Shown here: piece after piece, positions 39,147-53,436 of the stretch
Numbering within the stretch: position 1 is the stretch's first letter
Layout of the letters: the number at the start of each line of letters is the position of its first letter
Assembly: GCF_009914755.1 (NCBI RefSeq)
Contig: NC_060941.1
Source of the DNA: the human T2T-CHM13v2.0 reference genome, Homo sapiens
DNA: 64,000 bases
Direction: 5' to 3' (one strand)
Notes under the pieces: model-generated
The model's database searches: none
The model's input: the letters and a program-made list of their open reading frames with translations, nothing else
Told to the model about the DNA's origin: nothing
Translations under genes and position numbers: made by a program

Positions 39147-39992
39147 TAGCTGGGATTACAGGTGTGGACTACCATGCCTGGCTAATTTTTGTATTATTAG
39201 TAGAGATGGGGTTTCACCATGTTGGCCAGGCTGCTATCGAACTCCTGACCTCATGTAGTCCACCTGCCTCAGTCACCCAAAGTGCTGGCATTACAGGCGT
39301 GAGCCACTGCACCCGGCCTAAGACACTCTCTTCTATAGCAAAGCAGAGAGTCCTTTCTAACCAGGTCTCCCAATATGGGGATCTTTAGAGCACTGGCACG
39401 ATCACGGCTCACTGCAGCCTCAAATTCCTGGGCTCAAGGGATCCTTGTGCCTCAGCCTCTAGAGTAGCTGGGACTACAATGCCACCATGCCCGGCTATTT
39501 ATTAATTTTTATTTTTATAGAGACAGGGTCTCACTATGTTGGCCAGGCTGGTCTTGAACTCCCGGCCTCAAGCAATCCTCCTATCTCAGCTTCTCAAAGC
39601 TCTAGCATTATAGGTGTGAGCTACTGAGCCCAGTGAATGAGGGGATCTTTATGTGAAGAGTTCCCAACTAGATTATCAGTGTCTTTATGATCTTATTCAG
39701 CTTTATCTATCCCCATTGTAGACAACAAAATAATAATAATGATACTAATCAAAATAGCTCAACAGCTATTAAGCTTTCTAGGAATGGTTCTAAGTGCTAT
39801 ACACCTGTGTAACCTTACCTGCAACTATGTGAGGGTAGGAACTATTACTTGTCCTACTTTAGACATGAGAAAGCTAAGGCACAGGTCACATAACTTGCCT
39901 CAGGTCATACAGAAATAATTGATGGAGACAAAATTGTAATCTAAGCACTCTTAGCTACTCTGCTATATTGCCTGCACTAACAGTTTTGGTTA

Positions 39993-40356
<364 letters not shown>

Positions 40357-40622
40357 CTAAGCACTTTACATATATTGCCTTCTTGAATCCTCAAAACAAT
40401 GCTATTGATATGCTAGGTGGGTATTAGCCCCATTTTACAGATAGGGAAGCTGAGGCTCAGAGAGGTAACAGGACTTGCTCAGGGTTCTGCAGATGGTGAG
40501 TGATGAGGTCTGTCAGCCTTGTTGAAACTGGCTGAAACAGACAGGGTCCTCTGAGCTGTGGCCCCTCTGAATCCCAGGGCCACAGAGCAGGGGGCCCAGT
40601 CACCCTTCCTCCTTGTCCCCAG

Positions 40623-40697
40623 AATATCCTGCGCCAGACAGAAGAGGGGTCCAGCCGTCAGGAGAATGCCCAGAAGGCCCTGGGTGCTGTCAGCAAG
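40623..40697 (+). CDS. ARHGEF15: ARHGEF15 coding exon 9
   Basis: ccccag|AAT; NILRQTEEGSSRQENAQKALGAVSK. Confidence 0.95.
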
Positions 40698-40805
40698 GTG
40701 GGCAGTGGGGAAGCTGAAGCAGGGGGAGGTGACAAGGTGGTAGAGAGAAATGGTAGGGAGCAGGGGGCTGGCCGCTGGGGTGGTGACACAGCTCCCCTTA
40801 CCTAG

Positions 40806-40898
40806 ATCATCGAGCGTTGCAGCGCTGAGGTGGGGCGCATGAAGCAGACTGAAGAGCTGATCCGGCTCACCCAAAGGCTGCGCTTCCACAAAGTCAAG
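40806..40898 (+). CDS. ARHGEF15: ARHGEF15 coding exon 10
   Basis: cctag|ATC; IIERCSAEVGRMKQTEELIRLTQRLRFHKVK. Confidence 0.95.
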
Positions 40899-40985
40899 GT
40901 ACATCGCTGCCCAGGCTCCCCATCTTGCCCTGCCCCATGTTGCTGCTGCCACGCTAGAACCTCCTCTGCCTCCGCTTCCTCGCAG

Positions 40986-41146
40986 GCCCTGCCCCTGGTC
41001 TCCTGGTCACGGCGCCTGGAATTCCAGGGAGAGCTGACTGAGTTAGGGTGCCGGAGGGGGGGCGTGCTCTTTGCCTCGCGCCCCCGCTTCACCCCTCTTT
41101 GCCTGCTGCTCTTTAGCGACCTGCTGCTCATCACTCAGCCTAAGAG
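40986..41146 (+). CDS. ARHGEF15: ARHGEF15 coding exon 11 (PH-like domain)
   Basis: cgcag|GCC; ALPLVSWSRRLEFQGELTEL...LLLFSDLLLITQPK. Confidence 0.95.
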
Positions 41147-41242
41147 GTGAGTCCTAGGGAAGGAAGGAGCCCAGGCTGGAGTGGGCAGGAGGGGTCCAGC
41201 GGGACCCCTGCTGTCCTTCTGAACGACCTCATCCCTGGGCAG

Positions 41243-41395
41243 TGGGCAGCGGTTACAGGTTCTGGACTATGCCCATCGCTCCCTGGTCCAGGCCCAGCAG
41301 GTTCCGGATCCATCTGGACCCCCTACCTTCCGCCTCTCCCTTCTCAGCAACCACCAGGGCCGCCCCACCCACCGACTACTCCAAGCTTCTTCCCT
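41243..41395 (+). CDS. ARHGEF15: ARHGEF15 coding exon 12
   Basis: gggcag|T GGG; GQRLQVLDYAHRSLV...FRLSLLSNHQG...LQASS. Confidence 0.93.
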
Positions 41396-41547
41396 GTGAG
41401 TTGTGTTTCCCTCAGAAAACAACCTTGGGACACTTATCTGACCTCTCAGACCTCCCCCACTTCCCCAGTCTCTCTCTTCTGTGGCTCCTGCCTCAGCCCC
41501 AGAGGATCTTTTGGGCCAACTGTGACACTTCCCAATATCCCCACCAG

Positions 41548-41630
41548 ATCAGACATGCAGCGCTGGCTGGGAGCCTTCCCAACCCCAGGCCCCCTTCCCT
41601 GCTCCCCAGACACCATCTATGAGGACTGTG
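41548..41630 (+). CDS. ARHGEF15: ARHGEF15 coding exon 13
   Basis: ccaccag|A; SDMQRWLGAFPTPGPLPCSPDTIYEDC, containing the PH C-terminal helix Trp. Confidence 0.94.
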
Positions 41631-41734
41631 GTGAGTATCCCCCTAGAGGGGATGAGGGAAGAAAAAGCGAGTCTTAGAGGAATATGGGGGAGAAGCTAAA
41701 CAGAATCACTTTAATGTCACCCACCCCCAACCAG

Positions 41735-41839
41735 ACTGTTCCCAGGAACTGTGTTCAGAGTCGTCTGCACCTGCCAAGACTGAAGGACGGAGTCTGGAGT
41801 CCAGGGCTGCCCCCAAACACCTGCACAAGACCCCTGAAG
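41735..41839 (+). CDS. ARHGEF15: ARHGEF15 coding exon 14
   Basis: ccaaccag|AC; [35 protein letters not shown]; donor AAG|GTGAG. Confidence 0.92.
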
Positions 41840-43077
41840 GTGAGAAAGTCTTTCATTTATTTATTTTGTATTTATTATTATTATTTTTTGAGACAGAGTC
41901 TCATTCTGTCAGCCAGGCTAGAGTGCAGTGGTGTGAGCTCGGCTCACTGCAACCTCTGCCTCCTGGGTTCAAGGGATTCTCCTGCCTCAACCTCCCAAGT
42001 AGCTGAGATTACAGGTGCCCACCACCACGTCTGGCTAATTTTTGTATTTTTAGTAGAGATGGGGTTTCACCATGTTGGCCAGGCTGGTCTCGAACTAACC
42101 TCAGGTGATCCGTCCCCTTTCACCTCCCAAAGTGCTGGGATTACAGGCATGAGCCTCTGGTGCCAGGCCTTATTTCTATTCTTTTTTTTTTTTAATGGAG
42201 GTGGGGGGTCTCACTATGTTGCTCAGGCTGGTCTTGAACTCCCGAGCTCAAGTGATCCTCCTGCCTCAGGCTCCCAAAGTGCTGGGATTACAGGCGTGAG
42301 CCACTGCGCCTGGCCGTGTTTCATTTATTCATTCAATAAATATTTATTAAGCACCTACAAAGTGCCACTCGCTGTTCTAGGGACTGTGAATCAAATATAT
42401 CACACTTCCTTCCTTGCTGGAGCTACGTTCTAGCAGAGGAGGCAGACGATAAAGAATGAGCAAAATAGATAAGTAAATTATAAAGTACATGTGAAGGTTA
42501 TGAGTGTTATGGAAAAAAAAAAAAGTGAGCAGAGCAAAGAAGGTCAGGAGTTCCAGGGTTGGGCAGACTGAAATTTTCAATAGGGAGGCCGAGGTGGACC
42601 TCACTGAGAAGGCAACATGAAGCTTGATGGAGCTAATTTAGGCCCATGGTGTCTGGGGGAAGAGTGTCCCAGCTGGAGGCAGCAGGCAGTGCAAAGGCCC
42701 TGCGGCTGGTGTGTGACTGAGGAACTGTAAGGAGGCCAGTGTGACTAGCAGGAGAGAGAAAGGGGGAGAAGCAAATGAGGTCATAGAAGTGGCAGGGATG
42801 GGATCACGCAGGACCTGACAGGTCTCTGCAAGGACTCCACCTCTTACTCCAAGAGACATGAGCAGCCACTGCAGGGCTTGACGGAAGAGCAGCCCAGACT
42901 CTCTCCGAGCTGCTGTCACCTCCACTTCTGATGCCCTTTCTACCGATGCTCCAGGCTTGTCCATGAATTCCCACACCTACAATGACCCTGAAGGCCTGAG
43001 ACCCCACGAGGCCCCCTTTGCCTCCTCACCTGCTCCCTGCCCCCACCTCATTGGAGCCTCTGTCTCTCTTCCCCCAG

Positions 43078-43229
43078 GTTGGCTGAAGGGGCTTCCTGGG
43101 GCCTTCCCTGCCCAGCTGGTGTGTGAAGTCACAGGGGAACACGAAAGGAGGAGGCACCTTCGCCAGAACCAGAGGCTTCTCGAGGCTGTTGGATCTTCTT
43201 CAGGCACCCCCAATGCCCCCCCACCCTAA
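43078..43229 (+). CDS. ARHGEF15: ARHGEF15 last coding exon (stop TAA)
   Basis: cccccag|GT; GWLKGLPGAFPAQLVCEVTGEHERRRHLRQNQRLL...NAPPP*; all exons total 2526 nt = 841 aa + stop. Confidence 0.95.
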
Positions 43230-44725
43230 TGCAGGCTGAGGAGGGGGCACATGTTGGGAGACACCTACCAGTGTGGCACGGAGAGAACAAAGCCCATTCA
43301 TCCATTGGATTCACTGTCAGTGGAGATACTACCTCTCGTGGCAACCATAGAGATCGAGCTTCAGGACAGAGCAGCCAATGAAAACGGCCGCCTGAACCCA
43401 CAGCAATAAGAATGAATGAGGATGCCTTGAATGTGTGGCCAATGGAGACAGAGGCTTAGTGCAGAGCAGCCAATGGGTACTGAGCTGGCTGAGCCTATGG
43501 CCAATGAGTATTCCTGCTATGCTCAGGGCCAAGGAAGACAAATCTAGGTCATGGCAGTTGAAAAAGGGCCTCATTGGAGATAAAGTCGTAGGATAAAATT
43601 GGGAACAGGAATGAGCAGGAAGCCAATCAGCCAAAGAAAATGGTGATCTGGACCCAAGAGACCAGTAGTCACCCTGCTTGTTTCTGCAGCAATGACTGGT
43701 CCTGTCTTTTGAGTCTGGGAAATACTAGTTTCCATTCCTGGATGCTTCCTGTGCCCTCTCAAGCCAGTTCTTCTCTTCCAGAAGAATTCAGAGTATGTGT
43801 CTCAGAAAATCTGTGTGTGTACATGTGCATGTGTAGATATGTGTGTATATGTATCAGGAAAGGCATTCTGCTGACTGTGGTGTGTGTGTGGTGATTGTGC
43901 TCCTGACCCACAAATGACTGAGTGCTCCATTTCTTCCTTTACCCCCCATTTTTCCTATTATTCGCTCCAAGAAAGATGCTAAGTCTGAGCTCCAGAAGAG
44001 ACTGTGCTGGGTGTGGCTTGGCACCCAGGGGATGAGAGCCCTGAGCTTTGGGTCTCTTGGAGGCTAGGGTTCTGTGGCAGTTGCAGGGCAATGTTATGGA
44101 GCAGCCAACGGCCTGGCAGAGGAGCCCAAGGGACTGAAGATGGCCAGTAGCTGGGTCCTGAGGCCCCTGAAGTCTGCAGACCCTTCTCCTTGCCCCAAAC
44201 ACTGGCCTCCATAATTCCTGCCTGCAGATCTCCCAACTTGAACTATAATCCACCAGCCAGCCTCAGCCTTGAGCTTTGGAACCACATTAGATCCTGCATC
44301 TGGGTGAAGAAACGGGAGCTGTGGACCACAGGCCAGCCAGTGAACCTCCTGGGCTTTCTTGCCTTTGTCCTGATCCTCTCACAGAAACACTGGGCCAAAC
44401 AGTGGGGAGAGATTGGAGAGCGGGTGTGGCTGCCCAACCCCATCCAGAGCATCTGCTTCCAGATGAGCCAGTGCCTCGCATGATACCAGAGGAGGCGAGG
44501 GACAGAGACAGCAAGGCAGACAGTGGCTGGCAGGGGGGCCCAGGCCCGGGACGAGGCCTCCCCTTCAGCTCAGGCACAGCAACTTGCCCAGGACTGACAC
44601 TGTCACCCTGACTGCAGGAGGCACAGGGACTCCGGGAGACTCAGAGGGCGAAGAGCACTGGCATTTGGCATGTCCATGACATTGGAGACTCCCCTAGCAG
44701 GGTGCCTGACGTGTGGGGAACCCTC

Positions 44726-44731
44726 AGTAAA
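44726..44731 (+). terminator. ARHGEF15: Candidate ARHGEF15 poly(A) signal, variant AGTAAA
   Basis: I saw no AATAAA between the stop and this site; AGTAAA followed by U/GU-rich atttgtattg; implies a 3' UTR of about 1.5 kb. Confidence 0.5.
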
Positions 44732-45551
44732 TAGTGGTGCATTTGTATTGAGGCTCTCTGAGGAAGTGTGTGCTTATAGGAGCAGTGGTCTCCAAGCATG
44801 GTTTATAAGGGGATGGGGCTGCTTGGAAAGGGGTCCAGAGCAGGGGTCAATTCTGTTGGGAACTGGGGCTTGAAGGTCATGTGCTAGACCTGAGTGTGTT
44901 AGCCCACTCACAGTTCCTGAGGGATCTCAGGTGGTGGTGGTTGTGGCGATGGTGGTGGGTTTGCAACAGCTGTGGTTGGGGGCTGCTGCAGGCTGGGCAA
45001 TGCCTGGGGCTTTGGCAGGGGATGAGAATGCAGCAAGAAGGATAAAAAGGGCAGTCAGGGCCGGGCACGGTGGCTTGCACCTGTAATCCCAGCACTTTGG
45101 GAGGCCGAGGTGGGCAGATCACTTGAGCTCAGGAGTTTGAGACCAGCCTGGGCAGCATAATGAAACCCTGTCTCTACAAAAAATACAAAATTACCCAGGT
45201 GTAGTGGCATGCGCCTATAGTCCCAGTTCCTCGGGAGGCTGAGGCAAGAGGATAGCTTCACCCTGGGAGGTCGAGGCTGCAACGTGCCATGTTCGCATCA
45301 CCGCACTCCAGCTTGGGTGACAAAGCAAGACCTTGTCTCAAAAAAAAAAAAAAAAAAAAAAAAGGGCAGCGATAAAGGCCCTTTACTGACCAGCCAATCA
45401 TCTCTGTGTTTAATTCAATTATACCTATTTATTGAGTGCCTTCTATGTGCCAGGCATTGTTCTAGGATCTGGGGATACAGATATGAAAAAGACAAAGTCC
45501 TTGCCCTCAGGAAGCCTTCATCCTGAGGGTGAGAGGTGACAGGGACAATTA

Positions 45552-45737
<186 letters not shown>

Positions 45738-45894
45738 TCATGCCTGTAATCTCAGCACTTTGAGAGGCCGAGGCGGGTGGATCACCTGAGGTCAGGAATT
45801 CGAGACCAGCCTGGCCAACATGGTGAAACACTGTCTCTACTAAAAATACAAAAATTAGCTGGGCATGGTGGTACATGCCTGTAAGTCCCAGCTA

Positions 45895-46359
<465 letters not shown>

Positions 46360-47683
46360 CTAAGATAAAATCAGTAAGCAGTAAGCAGAAAATACAGCAA
46401 GGGCTGTGGCATAGAATGTTGTGTGTGTATGTTTTGGGGGAGGGTGGTGGCTTTAGGGCAGATCCTGGAAGAGATGACATTTGAACTGAGACCCAGATGA
46501 CTTCCAGAGGAAGTAGCCCTGGGAAGATCTGGGGAAAGAGCATTCGAATGGAGGCAACAGGGGGCGATAGTCCAGGAACAGAAGGTAGTGGTAGTGGGGA
46601 TGGGAATTGGTGCACGTGCCCCTTCAAGTGTCCTGGTAGGTGGAGCCCCTCCCCACCAAGGTCTCCCTCCCTCTTTGGCATAAGATGGAGACACACTGGG
46701 ATACTCAGACAGACAGACATCCGGGGGCAGACGTGCCCCATACACCTTCTCTCCTGGCTCCTCATCCCTTACTGGAGTCCTGCCACTAAGGAAGCCCCCA
46801 TGCTCCAATTCAGATGTTCTGATGGTGGGATAATGGGGAGATGCCGACCAGGTAAGGGTTATTTTGGGACATAAAGGTGTATAAAATACAACCATATGTT
46901 CCAAAAGAGACTGAGAAGACAGGAAGGGAGGGGACTGCCATGTTTCCTGACTTTTGGGGGTTGGATTCTGTTATCTCAGAGCCTGCTTTCCATTTTGGGG
47001 TGACCTGAGTGTGTTTGTCCTGGAGGGGTCTGCATTCTGCTGGCCTGTCTAAGGGGGCCGAAGGGCATGAAACACAGCTATATGGGAAAGGAACGGATGT
47101 GGGGGAATGAGGACTACAGCAAGGAGAGCGTGGATAGACAGAAGATGGGAATGGGGATGGGGTAAAGAGGACAGAAGAGGGAGGCTGATGGGGGGTGTTG
47201 CAGGACAGGTGGCAGGAGGTAACTCAGCTCATTCCAAATTGTCTCCCTCCCTCTCCCTCAGGCATCTCTGCTATGGGTGTCCAGTGTCCCCTCCCTTCTG
47301 TGTTCTTCCTGCCCCTCTGGGTTGCCTCCTGCAACTTCCTCATAGGTGGCGTAGGAGGGCCCATGGGAGAAACCTCTCAGCGGTGCCCTGTCTGCGTTCC
47401 AGGCATGCTGGTGGGGGTAGTACAGAGAGGTTCACTGAGTCAGCTGGGGAGTCCTAGAGCCACTATCACCTTATTCCCTCACAGTCTATCATGCTGGGGA
47501 GGTGGAAGAAACCAACATTTCCACAGGCTCAGGAAAGGTGCAGGCGTCCCCGGGGGGAGATGCCTGAGGCGACAGGGTGGGAAAGCTGGCCCCAGTTGGG
47601 GACCTTTCTCTGAGTCAGTGTGGACACTCTTCACCCGTGGCCCTGCTCCTCATAGCTGAAGCCTCCATATTCTGGGAGTCAAT

Positions 47684-48725
<1,042 letters not shown>

Positions 48726-48829
48726 CAAGATAAGGCAGATAGTAAAGGGCACGGGCCTCTCTTTGAGCTGGCCTTCTGTGGGCTCCGGGTCAAGATCTTA
48801 GTGGCCAACATCGCAGATAAACGGGGGTG

Positions 48830-49870
48830 GGGGTTGCAATCATGCCCACAAGCAACAGAGGAAAGAGAGGAGCCTCGCCCTCTTCCCCCCACGCCCCGGC
48901 CCCCAAGCCTGCTCACTAGCTCTCTCCTCCTCCTTCCACCCGCAAGGAACCCTCCAGCCCACTTCCTGTGATCCTTTCCGGAGCCCTTCAGCCTGGCTGG
49001 CTCTCCAGCCATCTCGGAAAGCTTCTCTTTCCTAAACCCTCCATACTCGCAGGTTCAGCTACAGAGGTAACTGCAGGCTCAGGTTCTCCAGGGTGGCCAG
49101 CCCACCAGCCCACCGTCCCGGTGCAGCAGTGCCTCTCCAGCGACAGCTCCACCGCGAGCCTGGCGGGCTCCCGACCTTGCTCCCCAGCACGTCGTCTCCA
49201 AGCCACGGTCTCACCACCCTCCATCAGCCTCGGGCGACACCAAGGGGAACAGAGCGCTGGAGCTCCTCGAAGTCCTCCCGACCTTAGCGGGGCTCCGTTC
49301 ATCCTCCCGGACGTGGCCAGGCCCCGCTCTGGCCCCGCGCCCGCCCCTCCCGCGGGGCTGCCCCTGTCTCTCTGCCGGAGACCCGGACTCAGTGAGTGAG
49401 CGCAGCGCGGCCATAGGGCTTCCTGCAGCGGGGTCTCAGCACGTCTTCTGGCTGGACTCTGGGGTCTCCTGGCCTGGCTGTGTCTCCTGGTTCTCAGCGC
49501 TCGCCTCCCACGCGGGGCGGAGTATGGGAGTGGGCTGCTCCCGCGGAAGAATCCTGGGGAAGTTGAGGCACTGGCTCCCGCTGTTCAGAACACTGCCCGA
49601 CGTCCCCAGAGCTAGCCACTCCTCCTTCCCACCCACCCGCAGCACTCTCGAGGTCGCAACGGCAGTCACCAGGTCCCGGGGCCTGCGTTCAGCTGCTTGA
49701 TCCGACTAGGTTTGGCTTCGGACCCGAATGGGTCAGCTCCACGCCCGATGGAGTTTTTCAAGCTGGTGCCTGCACGTGCCCCCGCCGCGGGGCATGAAGC
49801 CGTGGGCTGCGCCCAAACTGCCTCACAACCACCGCTGACCCGAAGCCTCTCTCACTCCGTCCACTGTTAG
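48830..49870. promoter_or_regulatory. Intergenic CpG-rich island
   Basis: Abrupt rise in CpG and GC content in otherwise CpG-poor, Alu-rich DNA; GC boxes near 49333-49350; CACGTG near 49773. Confidence 0.7.
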
Positions 49871-49961
49871 AAACCTGAAGCTGCCCTCTGTGAGAAAGCG
49901 TTGGGATTGAATCCAGACTTTTGGGGAACCTTAACAATAAAGAATACAAAATATTGACTAA

Positions 49962-50225
<264 letters not shown>

Positions 50226-50825
50226 TGATCTACCCCCATCGACCTCCCAAAGTGCTGGGATTACAGGGGAGGCACTGCGCCCAGCTACTCTTCCTTGATT
50301 TACGACAACCCTTGGTTATTGTGATTGGGTCGAGATGGGTATGTGTCCCAATTTGGATCAATGAGTTCAGAGACAGTTAATTCGAGACCCACCCAAGAGC
50401 CACTTGAATGAGCCATTCTCTCTTCCCCTGGACATTGCAGTGTGAGGATATAAGGTTTGGATCAGTGGCTGCCATTTTAGTGCAGTGAGAGGCAGCTTGG
50501 AGTTGCTGGGGAGGCCACTGGATACAGCCTGATGAAGGAGCCAACACCACAAAACTGGAAATGGAGAGACAAGGGGAAAGCCAGGTCCTTGTTATCATCA
50601 CTTGAGTTCCAGGATCAAGTCTCATCTGAAGCTTTTATCTTGATTTTTCAGTTATTTTTGTTTGTTTGTTTGTTTGAGGCAGGATCTCGCACTGTTGCCC
50701 AGGCTGGAAGGAAGTGGCACGATCTCGGCCCACTGCAACCCTCTGCCTCCTAGGTTCAAGCTATTCTCATACTTCAGCCTCTCTAGTAGCTGGGACTACA
50801 GGCATGCGCCACCATGCCCAGCTAA

Positions 50826-50954
<129 letters not shown>

Positions 50955-51388
50955 TGAGTAGCTGGGATTGCAGGCGCCTGCGATCATGCCCCACTAATTT
51001 TTGTATTTTTAGTAGAAATGAAGTTTCACCATGTTGGCCAGGCTGGTCTCAAACTCCTGACCTCAGGCGATCTGCCCGCCTGGGCCTTACAAAGTGCTGG
51101 GATTACAGGCACGAGCCACTGAGACCAGCCTGGATTTTTCAGTTCTATAGGTCATTAAATTCCCTTTATCCCTTAAACCAGTTTGAATCTCCTTTCTTTT
51201 ATTAGCTACAGAGTCCTAACTGATTCAGATAATCCACAATACAATTGTACTCTTAGCTATTCCAGAGAGGCCATTTATCTCACTGGCAGCTCTTCCTCTC
51301 CTGTGTGCCTTCCTGTTCAGACTCTGTGGATCACGCAATGAATTCCCAAATGGTAGGATGCAAATCTGAGGTGGGCAGGTCCACCTCA

Positions 51389-51788
<400 letters not shown>

Positions 51789-52167
51789 CTAGATTGGGCA
51801 TTTAGAATGTCAGAGTGAAAAGCAAGCTGGAATTACAGTGCTTCATTTTGTGAAATACTAAATACCATCATTATGCTGCTGAAAGAAAAGCTGTTTTAAT
51901 GATTTTTGATTTGTCTTTGTGAGAGTAAAATCACGACAGATTGACATGGACAATTCTAAGGAAAAAATAAATAAAAGAATACCAGAATGAAAATACAGAA
52001 CGTTGCATGTTGGTTTCATTCTCTCAGAAGAAACTGAGGCACAAAGAGGTCAAGTATTTCAGGTTCACAGAGCTAGCAATTGGCAGAGACAGCATTTGCA
52101 TCTGACAGTCTCACTCGAGAGTTCTGGATATATTCAAAGTGTTCTGGAAGCAGCATATATATGATGA

Positions 52168-52336
<169 letters not shown>

Positions 52337-52903
52337 TAGCTGGGATTATAGGTGTGTGCCATCACTCCTGGCTAATTTTTGTATTTTTAGAAGAGACGGG
52401 GTTTCACCATATTGTTTGGGTTGGTCTTAAACTCCTGACCTCAAGTGATCTGCTCACCTCAGCCTCCCAAAGTGCTGGGATTACAGGCATTAGTCACCAC
52501 GCCCGGTACCATATTTCTACTCATTATGCCCTTTATAAAATATATTATTGTAAATGTTTAAAGCTGTTAGTGTAGTAGTACTTATATATGATTCATGGAT
52601 AACATTTATATGTGTGTATATATACGCATCTACATATCATTATATATGTACGTACACATACACACAGATACATTCACACATACATATATGTGGGTATCAC
52701 AAAGTATTAGTTAAGTGACTCTAATACTTTGAATGTAATATTCAAAGTATTATTTGCATGTAGATTCTGAAATAATACTTTGAGAATCAGCAGGGTAGGG
52801 GCGGGGGTCAGTGGGCAGAGGAGTGGGATTCCCCCAGAATGAAAGGAATTTCTCATAGACTCATAGTTCAGCCTCATAGTTTCACCACCGACTTTGCACT
52901 TGA

Positions 52904-53436
<533 letters not shown>

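Noticed and set aside
48968-49700. Several 60-143 aa ORFs in the orphan CpG island
   Set aside because: Expected from stop-codon scarcity in GC-rich DNA; no homology recognised
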